The notes beneath the pieces were generated by a model, which saw only the letters and a list, made by a program, of their open reading frames with translations, searched no databases and was not told where the DNA came from. 54,502 bases of DNA from Macrostomum lignano (Eukaryota): positions 1 to 54,502 of the forward strand of contig NIVC01002084.1 of NCBI GenBank assembly GCA_002269645.1, in the 5' to 3' direction. Position numbers and translations under genes: made by a program. Shown piece by piece: positions 43,601 through 54,502 of this stretch (position 1 is the first letter of the stretch; each line of letters starts with the position of its first letter).

Positions 43601-46587
43601 TCCAGCAACCAAAGATTCTTCAAGATTTTAAATACTGTTAAATCCTATCTCATCTACTTGTAACTCGGTACAGGAGCCGAAGCCAGTTCCGAATCCGAGC
43701 CCAGCTGTTGCCAGCTCTCAGCCAGTTCTGCTGTCCAGCCACCATTGGAGCGAAGTTGCCAATTAATGGCGGAGGTGCCAATTTTTAGCGACCTAAAATT
43801 TTATAAGAAAAAAGGAGATAAAGAATGGTAAAATAAAAAGAAAGATAAACGTCAAAGACGTCAAACTTACAGATCTTTATCAAACTGTTCTTCTCCACTA
43901 AGACAAGCTTCGCTATCCTGATAATTTCCCAATGGTTTCCCAGCATCCTTCATCCGACTTTTTTCTTCGGCCTCATCGTTGCGAAACACAATCATGGAGT
44001 CGGATTGCTCCATTTTAGCAGAATTAGTCGCCGAAGAAGACTTCGAAGACGATATGGACGTTGAAGTCGAAGACGAAGACGTTTCTGATGGCAGCGAATC
44101 GCCTCTGGCTTCGCGTTCGCTCTCGCTCAGACTGGTCACTCGGGCGCCGAAGGCTGCGCCTCTGGGGTGGGTCAGGATGGGATTTTTAATTGTGGGTCAA
44201 GATGGGAATTTTATAATTGTGGGTCAAGATTGGAATTTTTAATTGTGGGTCAAGATGGGATTTTTAATTGCGGGTCAAGATGGGGATTTTTAATTGTGGG
44301 TCAAGATTAGAATTTTTTAATTGTGGGTCAAGATGAGGATTTCTCATTGATGGGTCAAGATGGGGATATCTGAGAGTGGGTCAAGACAAGATGGGAATAT
44401 CTGAGAGTGGGTCAAGACAAGATGGGAATATCTGAGAGTGGGTCAAGACAAGATGGGAATATCTGAGAGTGGGTCAAGACAAGATGGGAATATCTGAGAG
44501 TGGGTCAAGATGGGGATATCTGAGAGTGGGTCAAGATGGGGATACATTATCTGTGCGTGTGTCAAGATGGGGACATTTAAGAGTGGGTCAACATGGTGAT
44601 TTCTCTTTTATAGGTCAAAATGGGGATTTTTTGTGAGTGAGAGTTATTGAGAGTTTCTGACAGCAAACTAACTCACTTAGGCAGTATCTCAGTCCAAGAA
44701 GCGTGATATCGAACAATATTGCGATGATCTAATCGACAAAGCGTGGCCACCTCTCGATGAACTCGATGCAGCTCAGTTAGATCAAGCCGTCGAAGGCGAA
44801 TTTTCTTAATAGCATAGAGACCGCCATCGGTGAGGTTCTTCGCTCGATGGACGACACCGAAAGCGCCACTGCCCAATCGAGCTTGCTCTTCAAAGTTGCT
44901 CTGATACCAGTTAGGAGTGTTGTCCAGTCTGAATAAATTTTATGCAATAATAATTAACTACTATTAGTAATACACTGGCATAGGGAGGCAAAAACAGTAA
45001 AGTTGTTGGGCCAATCTAGCGCCACAGACTCGAGACTCTAAGCGGCCAATCTAGCACCATAAACGAGACTTTAAGCGCCAATCTAGCGCCACAGAAGAGA
45101 CTCTAAGCGCCAATCTATGCGCCATTGGCGAGACTTTAAGCGCCAATCTAGCGCCATAGGTGACTATAAGCGCCAATCTAGCGCCACGTGAGACTCTAAG
45201 CGCCAATCTAGCGCCACTGGCGAGACTTTAAGCGCCAATCTAGCGCCATAGGTGACTATAAGCGCCAATCTAGCGCCATAGGTGACTATAAGCGCCAATC
45301 TAGCGCCACGTGAGACTCTAAGCGCCAATCTAGCGCCACTGGCGAGACTTTAAGCGCCAATCTAGCGCCATAGGTGACTATAAGCGCCAATCTAGCGCCA
45401 TAGGTGACTATAAGCGCCAATCTAGCGCCATAGGTGACTATAAGCGCCAATCTAGCGCCACGTGAGACTCTAAGCGCCAATCTAGCGCCACTGGCGAGAC
45501 TTTAAGCGCCAATCTAGCGCCATAGGTGACTTAAAGCACCAATCTAGCGCCATAGGTGACTATAAGCGCCAATCTAGCGCCATAGGTGACTATAAGCGCC
45601 AATCTAGCGCCATAGGAGACGCTAAGCGCAAATTTAGCGCCGTTTAGATCGTCAAAAAAGTTTTTTTTGATAAAAAATCAATAAGAAAATCAACAAGAGG
45701 CTTACGAAAGTCTTCGAGGAACGTCATCGCAGTTGAGTTTCGGTATAACTATTGAGCACTGGGAAGACTGAAAAAGAAACAAAAAGATAAAATTTAAGTA
45801 TTAAAATACAGTACAATTTCTTAAGTTTCGTTCAAACAAAAAATACGATACTACTACTTACCAACACCCCGACAGTAGTCTGTTCAAACAATCGGGCAAA
45901 CGCACTTTCAAAAAGCGGATTTACGGTTAGAAAATTCTTCATAGCCTTAGTCTTCCAGCGAAGTATGCCGTTAGCGCGTAGCATGCGAAATACGGCTGAA
46001 ATTGGGTTATTTGATGGAAAAAATACTTGTAAAGTCCATTTCTCTTACTAACAGTAGGGCGTACAGTATTGGCGCGCTTCTACCTGTTTGCAATCCCTAT
46101 TCTGCCAGTGCCATGACGTAACTTTTAGACAAAAACAGATGGATAGAACACAAGGTAACACTCACTCTGAAATTTGACATCAGCTTCATAGTCGTTACTG
46201 CTAGACAGTCGGCAAATATGCTTAATAGCTACAGAGCATAGCGTTAATAATCGATAATTATCCTGATCGATTTTGCCATCGCCTTGATGTCTAATACTGA
46301 CAGCTGATGTTGGATCCACTGAGGCGGAGCTTTCAGCGGAGCCAGGGGTGGCCAATGCAAAAGTGGCATTGTCATCTAGTGTACGACCGCTCGCTGATGA
46401 CAGCAGAGTACCCGCTGGGCGCTCCAGTGGATCTTCAAATCAGTTAGGAGTGACAGCAAAATTATAACACAGTAATTTACAACTAATTACCATAGTTACT
46501 ATATAAAATATAAAATTTTAGGCAAGAACTTAACTACTCACCATCAAACTGCAGAATTGGCATATTAGCCACTAATTGCCTTCTCAT
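40700..46587 (-). CDS. EIF2AK1: eIF2-alpha kinase, HRI/EIF2AK1-like (about 723 aa). Exons: 46587-46542, 46432-46166, 45995-45862, 45767-45706, 44928-44677, 44161-43871, 43792-43658, 43153-42758, 41288-40700
   Basis: Contains FEEQARLGSGAFGVV, YAIKKI, REVATLCRLDHRNIVRYHASW, a long Ser-rich kinase insert, LFIQMQLCD, HRDLK, RIGDFGLAR, VGTASYQSPE and KTDMFSLGVILFELYQPF, then a C-terminal coiled coil. All splice phases are consistent. The N-terminus has no lumenal or RWD domain, which favours HRI over PERK or GCN2. The start codon is uncertain because the frame is open back to the acceptor at 46632. Confidence 0.85.
41345..42560. repeat. 30-33-bp minisatellite (TTCCCGATTCTATCCTTGATTCTACTTTTCTTC)n in the last kinase intron
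   Basis: Directly visible. Confidence 0.94.
43262..43605. repeat. 28-31-bp minisatellite (CCAAGCAACTGAGGATCTGGGAAGCTGG)n in a kinase intron
   Basis: Directly visible. Confidence 0.92.
44170..44630. repeat. 25-31-bp minisatellite with a GTGGGTCAAGA core in a kinase intron
   Basis: Two sub-arrays: TTTTAATTGTGGGTCAAGAT and ATCTGAGAGTGGGTCAAGAC. Confidence 0.9.
45015..45640. repeat. 30-bp minisatellite (TAAGCGCCAATCTAGCGCCATAGGTGACTA)n in a kinase intron
   Basis: About 20 units. Confidence 0.94.
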
Positions 46588-49500
46588 TTTGTTAGTGCCA
46601 TTGTTAGAATTTATTGGTACTGTTGACTCGGCCTGAAAATAATCGATTTTCACTTTTGAAATTTGAAAATAGTGGCATACTGAAGTTAAATATAAGTGTA
46701 GTAGGGGATTATAACAAAGTTATATTTTATTACAATAATAATTAACTTAATTTATTTTAACTATAGAACCAGGACCCACATCCTACGAGTAAAAATAAAT
46801 ATTTGAAAATTCAAGTTAGATTAATAAATAATTAGTGTTTTAAAACAAATTTGCTAAAGTTGTATACTGCATACATTAGGGACACCTTTTCTGTAACAAA
46901 GATGGCCTTTGCTCTTGTTTTGCACCAAGAACTACTCAAGTAGAAGAGTAGGAAACTATGCTTTTTGGAAAATTGCAAAGGCAGTTTTTTTTAAATTTAG
47001 TAATGCAGATAAGAATTTTTTCAGTTTGTAATTGTTATTGCTTTCATTAGGAGGTAGATCCAATTCTTGTCTTTTGATATGTTTTTTCTTTCTTATACAT
47101 ATAGTTTTATCGATTTTTGTACAGCTATTTATTTAGAAAATTAGGACTTTGTTTTATTAAATATCTTACATATTAAATCTTACATATTTATCAACATTGA
47201 AAAGTTGCCATCACAGAACAGAAGATTTAGTCTATGATTATGATTTTCACTTTTGAGAGTGCAGGTAAAGTCTCTCAACTTTTGCAAATGTGTTGTGATA
47301 CAACTTAGCTATGCCATAGCAGGTTGAAGTTATGTGGTTAAATATAAATGTCAATGTCCTATATTTAAAAATAAAAAAATGCATTGCACAGCTTAATCCA
47401 TTGGTTTTATAAATATATTTTACCATCTCTGTTACATAATTTGGTAAATTCAGCTAAAATGATCATATATGTCAGATTCATTAAATTTCACATTATTAAG
47501 ATATTTTTAAGGTTTTTAGATATAGGACATATATAATTATACATAGAAAAAATAACATAGAAACCCTAATTTTTTAAACAAAAGCTTGATAAACATAAAT
47601 AAAGCTATAAGAAAAACTAAAATAAAAAATATGAACATTAGGTCTACTTCCTATTAAAAGCAATAACAAATTTTTATAGTGAAAAACAAAGCACTTATTA
47701 GGCACTTAGGTAAATGTGAAAATATTTGTAGTGTTATAATTTCTTGTTATGCTCGTAGACTTATATTTTTGTTTTTTTTTGTTTGCTTCTTTGATCAAAT
47801 TGACATTGTCATAAAAGTTAAAAATGAAGTTTTCATTAACTCACAAAACTTGATGCAAAAATCTTTATGGCAGCCTGTTAATGTTAATAAAAACTCTTAG
47901 TCTTAATGCTTATTAACACTTATTAACAGACTGGTGCCCAATACTATACATTAGATTGCTATTATAATATATTAAAACAATACTATGGTATAGATAAAGA
48001 GTTCTAAGAGTGTTGCAAAGAAGATTGTTAGAAAATTGGGAGCAATGATTTCATGCAAAAGGGAGTACTAAGAGTAAGTGCTGTGACCCTCTAATCTCGG
48101 TAATGCCTAGACAAGAGGATTGTATATATAGTTACCAACAACAACAACAACAAAATACACAACCCTGCATGCAAAGTTAGAGCAGGGTGCATCAGATGGC
48201 GCGCTGCAGAGCCTAGGAGCAAACAAAGTCAGCTCCATAGGCAGTGTTGGGCGCCCTAGCATTGCACAGCAGGCAGTCCACATATCGATGGGTTTGGGCC
48301 TGACCCTGCCTGAATGGACCCTGCAAGGTGAGCAGCAGTGACCTCTTGAACAGGTTGGGGGCAGTAGCCCTCAGCCTGGATCACATAACCCACCAGTTGA
48401 AGTCACCACTGGTGCAAAATGGTGGATGGGCGCTTAGTTACCAGTAAGACAATTTAGGCCAAATCTACTAAGAATGCTACCAGAATGCTACCAGAATAGT
48501 ATTAAAAATTAAAAATTAGGACAATAGGATTTAGTACAACTTTAGTGGCTTTACAGTAAGATAGAAGTTACCCCTGACAACTTTGGTGGCATTAGTGGGA
48601 TTTCTTATTGTGTAGGAACCAGTGCTACAACACTTATTATGAATTTTTATTGTAGCACAAAGGCATTACATGCAATCAAGTCATTTAAAGTTTTGTGCGT
48701 TGGTCCATTTATCAAATTGCAGCCATTTGTTGTCTTGGTGTCTTTTTTTCTAATTGTTAAGTAGCATTTTCAGGGTTGCTAGAAGATTATCATTGATTCT
48801 AAATTGGAGTCTTGGTGGTCTCAAGCAAGTCTGGGCCAGTTTTTTGTGCTAGGGCATGCTAACCCTGTCCAAGGCCAAGATGACAGAGGTGCAGTGCCTC
48901 CCCACCTAGTTGCTTTGAGATGCTAAATGTGGCAGCCACCACTGGCAACTTGCGGAAAGACCCAGTCTGGACCCAGAAGGTTGTCCAAGCTACTATGGCA
49001 GTCCACCAGCTGGCAGTTGAGACTGTCTGCCGGATAGTAACCACTTGCGCTGGCTAGATCCAGGGCACCCAGTGGCCAATAGCCAATGCCTTCTTGTGGC
49101 ATGCCGGGGCATGCCTGGCACCTGATAGCCTGCCGCTGGCCTTGCTACATGCAACCCTGCAGGCCTGCCAAGTGGGCTCTAGCTGTACCACCCACCAACT
49201 GGCTAAGGCCCCCACAGCAACATGGCATAGCCTGCTGCTAGGACAAGCGCTAAGTAAGATACTAGCCATTGTATTTAGGACTTTTTAAATTTTTTGTTGG
49301 CTTGCAGGGGATTTAGTAGGCATGGCCTCTACTAGTCCCACCAAATGTAATTTTATTTTCCTCTATGTGGATTTTACTCACCAAATTAACATTATACATG
49401 CTGACATCATTTCTCTATGTGGAAATCCCCTTTTTTTCTTAGTGTATTTTGGGCTCCCACTCCTTATAACTTTTGTTTTATTGTGTAAGTAGTAGGGTAC

Positions 49501-51454
49501 ACCCAGTATTTACTTGTCACCACCCAATGTACCTGATCATTTTCTATTGCACATCATGCTCTTCTTACCCAGGGTAACCCATTTCCTCTTAGTGGCTCAT
49601 GAGAGCTCATTTAAGAGTTTGCACTCTTCTCTCCCAGCTAGACTCTTGTTTGGAATTGCCCCTCTTGTTTTGGAACCACCCAACTCTTGTTTAGGACCCT
49701 AGCAGACTCTTTTGCAGCCCCATTCCAGACTTCAAGATACAAGGGGACCCTATGTATAAAACTGAAATCCCAGACCTGACTAGCTCTTCCCAATTTGCCA
49801 ATTTAGCATTTGCTTATCAAGTAACCTTGCTTAACCACCAAAACAACAATAATAACTATATCTAATAGCAAATCTGATTAATAACTGCCAATTTAACTTT
49901 TTTAATTTAATTACAGCAGTACTTACAGCAAACTACTACTTACAATAACACACTTAGCAAATTAGTCTATTTTAAGTTTCCTTATATTGGCTATACTTGG
50001 CTATACTCCTCATCCAAATAGCAATACTAGACCACTCAGCCACAACCACAGTTACCCTCCCACTGAACCTGAGGAATGCAACAGCTGGAGCTCCCCATTA
50101 TTTGCACCCAAGATTTTTGCCCAAGTTTTTGAATTGTCAGGAATCACACCAATTTGAATGGCCCAAAAAGCAGTATGTGGCAAAACAAACCAACTGACAA
50201 CAAAACCCCCATCCTCAGTAACAAGTCAATTTGCCAAAAGTTAATTTGCTAAATTATGATTCACCAAAATGAGTTTGTTTTGCAAAAGTTGTTTTTTTAA
50301 CAAATAAACAATGCAAAAATATAAGAGTAAACCCAAGACATCCAGATTGGAATGAAATTGGGAATATTGCAATAAAATTGAAATAATTTCAATAATTACA
50401 ATTTTATTTCCCAAAAATTAGTTAAATTGCAATTTGCTTTTGCAAGTCACTTGTAATTATTGCAATTCTAGTCAAATGTTTTACTTTCCACTTACAGTAG
50501 AATACTTAGAATATTAAATTGTACAGATTACAACTTGATTATGAATTTTTATATATTATATATATAGTATATCAGTATATATCTATATCATAGAGTTGGT
50601 GTAGTGACTTGGCTTGTATTGTGTGGGGTGCTAAGGGGGTTGCTGCGTACACTTTACCATTGTGCTCTAACTCTCCTTTGCTTGTTCTTTTGTGCATATG
50701 TGCACGTGACTAATCTAATATGTCATTTTGCAGTTCCAAAATTATTGATCAGTTAAAATACTATTTTGACAAATACATTTATAAATGATTTTATCATGCT
50801 ATCACATAAGCATCTCTCTGCCACACAAACTAAGTGAAGTTTTTACAGTGGGCCTATTGTATAGACTATAGATCAGATAGAGGTGGCATGTAAGCCTGGC
50901 CCTATAAGATTTTACCTCACCTATAAATGTAATTTAACTTAGTTAGCTATGGTAGCACACTTGCCTCAGGCCTATTGCTTTGTGATAGTGTAATATATTT
51001 CAGTAAATATACTATATGTAACATATACTTTTTTACATATAGGCCTACTAAATGCAAAAAAGCAATCATAAATTGTTGCAATTGGCATAAATTAGTTTTG
51101 TTTTTTAAACTTGTTTGTTATTTTCTAATAGGCAAGCATGTATTTATATGCATAAGGAAAATCCATAAACCATGTATTCTATAAAACATAAATCAATGCA
51201 GTATATTACTGTGATGAATTGAGATTGAGACAAAGTGATTGAATTGGCTTGAGCTGCAAGTTGTAGACAGCGTTTCTAAACTGATGTTTTGGTCCTTTAT
51301 ATTGTATTATAGAACTGAGTACATATAGTTAGGACGAACAATGTACATTGCGAAGAAGTACTATATGCATAAATAGAAATCGATCAGTTCAGTGCAGGGG
51401 GAGGGTCTACAATGGTAAGCTAAAATTGAGCAGCCAAGCGCACAAAGCAGTATA

Positions 51455-52244
51455 GGGCTCATTCCATATAAGCATGGTCGTAACATGACAGGTTATTTTT
51501 ACTTATAAAATGAAATCTAATAATAGAATATACTAAGCCAATATTTTAAATGAAAGATTATTTTGTCTAGAATATATGTATAGAGTTTCATATAGATATC
51601 ATCATTAGTATAGATGCTATTAAACCTTAAATGACACTTATGGTCGTAACGACAGGATTTTTGACATATAGAAACTAAAAGGTAAAAGTCTTATAACATT
51701 TTTCATTTTTGATATTTTGCAATTACATTTTTAAAATTTGACTAAGAACATCTTTAGAAATCATACTCTTTTTATTAGAATATATAAACTCAAAAGGCAA
51801 CAAAGATACAAAAGAAAAGGCAGCCTTATGGTCGTAACATTATGGTCGTAACATATTTTTTTCTGTCAATTCAGTAACTTTGAGGTACTAATACATTAAA
51901 AATATAATAGATTATTTGGTCACCAATGCTTTTATCTGATGATGCAAGTACTATACTTTTATCTATAGTTTGTTTCAACCTTCAAAAGCTTTCTATTTGT
52001 TTTTAAAAGGTACAAAATCTTAATGATGTCTTTTGCTTCGAAAAATGTCCAAATTTTTACAAAAATGACTTTTTGCCAATTGATAACATACTAATCCAAC
52101 ATTTTACCATTCCTTTATTCTTAGATTGTATATATTGCACAATATAAACATTTGGTAAAAAAATAGGCTAATTAGGCAATGGCAAGCAAAAATATTGACT
52201 TTTTTCTATTTTCCAAATATGTCCATCTTATATGGAATGAGCCA
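51455..52244. mobile_element. MITE or non-autonomous DNA transposon (Tc1/mariner-like, TA target site)
   Basis: A perfect 17-bp terminal inverted repeat, GGCTCATTCCATATAAG (51456-51472) and its complement (52227-52243), is flanked by TA on both sides one base further out. Four internal copies of ATGGTCGTAAC are present. There is no ORF. Confidence 0.75.
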
Positions 52245-54502
52245 TAGTTCAAATCGGTATAAGACAGCCAATTCATAATTACTTGTATATATTACTAGTA
52301 ACAGCAAGATAAAAAGAAAAATTACAAGCAGAATTACTTAAGCAAGTTAAAATTTGATTGCCAATTAAATTGTAATTGTCACAATTGTAATCTAATTATA
52401 ATCTGCTTGTTGAGATTGAAATTTAAATATATTTTTTTTATCAAGATTGACAATCAATTGCCATTGCCAATTAATTTGCAATAATTTCCCAGTTTAGTTA
52501 ACTCAATTGTAATTAATGTTCAATTATCACAATTTTAGGCATCTTTAAAATAAACAGCAAACAATGTATATTTATGATATCTAATATATGTTTACTTGTT
52601 TTTTTTTAAATTGCTGTTTAATAATCTGGAAATCCCTTTACCCTGTGCATAGCTGCTATTTAGTCAATCCGGCAATAGGACAAATCCAGCAACAAACAAT
52701 CCTTAAAGAATGTTTATATTTTAGGATTGTCGAATTTTAATTTAAGTTTTAACAATTTAAGTATTTGTGCAAGTGTCTGTTGATATATATTGGTTCACCT
52801 ACTATAGCCTATATAAGTGACAAGATGTTGCACAAGAAACTATATATTGTCTTTATATTTCTTATAAAAATTGCATTTTAGCAAAAATAAGAATTCTGTA
52901 GTGCCTAATCAATCATGAATTAAAATAATTCTTAGCAATGAAAACTAATTAATAGAACTTTTAGGACCTTTAGCACATTAGGCCTACCAATCAAGTTTTT
53001 AGTGAATTGATTTTTGGCAAAAAAAGCATTTGACAAATGGGTATTGGACCAGACTAATTGTTTGCCTTTGCTAGCTATCCATCTACAGGCAAAAGAATGG
53101 TCCAAATTGAAAAGTTTTAAAATTTTCAAGACATGCTGCACTAATAAGCAATAAGATCCTAAAATGTTTTTTAATTATTCACTTATATTCTAGAATTTTT
53201 TAAAATAAAGAAAAAGTTGACTTAAAAGTACATACTTTTTCAGAATTTGTTTGTGAAATGCATATATACATGTACATATGTTATATATTTGTCATATAAA
53301 TGTAGAATTATAAATATCTCAGAGCAGCAATATAATATAATAAGTTCAAGTTGAATGTGCCATTATTTTGGGGATAGGCCTATTGTTTGGTAAAATACGA
53401 TATTTGCTAGTTGCTTATGCGTTATGCCAAACTTAATGAGTGACATAAATGACTAAAAAAAAGTTAGGAACTCTACTTACTAGGCCTTTGCTTGCTATAA
53501 GTTACTACAATGTCTGTACTCTGTTGCCAATATGACTTATTGCTCAAACAACTATTGTCAAAGCATCTTGTCACTATGTCTTGAATAGTAGAAACCTAAC
53601 CTAAGTTGGTTAAGGCCTACTACATCCACTATTTAGCACTGACAGATGAATAATAGTCCACTGGCCAATTGCCTAGGGCAGAGGAATAGTCTAGCAGACA
53701 TATTGACTTTTGGCAAAAAGGTTTTTGGCAAATTATCTAGCATTTATTTTATTTAAAAATCTAGGGGGCCTAATTTAATTAGATTGCGAGGACTTAGCAC
53801 ACAATAAGATGTGCATAGGCCTAGTTAATCGTCTTATTTATCTAATTATGCAAAAAATTAAAAAAAATCTTTTTCACTTCCAGCACAATTTTTATTACGG
53901 ATATATGCTACCTTACCCCTGGCCCTACCTACTTGTACGCCATTTTATTTACTAGGCTCACAGTTTTTAAGCAAATAAAAAAGAAAAAATTGGCAAGTAG
54001 GGATAGCAACGTCCTACTGCTTGTTTTAAAAAGGATTATTATCATTATCTAATCTATTGCTTTTATTTAACAAGTAAAAAATCCGAAACAGATATGCTAA
54101 ATCCAATCACAATACACTGAGGCTTTTCATATTACCAATTCCAGAATCAGAATCGGTTCGGATCTTCCAAGAAAAACAGCAGTAACTAGGCCTATTTAAT
54201 TTTGTTGAATGTTTGACTGACTTAACAACCTCACTTAGCAAAATTTTTCACTTTCTTCTTGGCGATTGTCATTCAATAATAAAAACTTTATAGCACGTAT
54301 CTCCCTCTAGTTATGGAGACAAAAGTTATACTTCACATCACAAATTGGTTCTGGTTCTGCAACCAGAACAAGCAATATGAAAGGCTCACTGAGGACGATG
54401 ACGAAACAGGGCCTTTTCATATTACCAATTCCAGAACCAGAATCGGTTCGGAATTCCAAGAAAAACAGCAGTATAACTATTAAACTCTGTTAATATTTGA
54501 CT

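Noticed and set aside
48180-49330. Ty3/gypsy pol remnant as an annotated feature
   Set aside because: Only one weak 15-aa resemblance, with no other RT, RNaseH or integrase motifs. It is mentioned only as a hint in the CpG finding.

Overview
This is eukaryotic (invertebrate metazoan) genomic DNA with GT-AG introns; there are no prokaryotic operons or CRISPR arrays. CpG-rich exons with introns full of simple and mini-satellites suggest a macrostomid-type flatworm, but that is inference only. Five genes were reconstructed by hand with consistent splice phases. (1) An ATP10-class P4-ATPase flippase on the minus strand, 9 exons from 20362 to 1958, running off the left edge. (2) A DD3-3 family type-I membrane protein on the plus strand, 6 exons, 26747-31195. 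(3) NUDCD2 on the minus strand. (4) MSS4/RABIF on the minus strand. (5) An HRI-like eIF2-alpha kinase on the minus strand, 9 exons. Nearly all long ORFs in the supplied track are translations of tandem repeats. The most notable observations are these. A 5.2-kb non-autonomous Helitron separates the divergent flippase and DD3-3 starts and carries a 24-bp satellite whose variation looks protein-coding. Most large introns hold their own unrelated minisatellite. Several unrelated arrays share a TGGCGC core. A sharply CpG-depleted domain begins at about 46.8 kb. The kinase-MSS4-NUDCD2 trio may be a trans-spliced operon. A structured element near the right end has a hammerhead-like core. Three single-base losses in short same-base runs break reading frames and are most likely sequencing errors.
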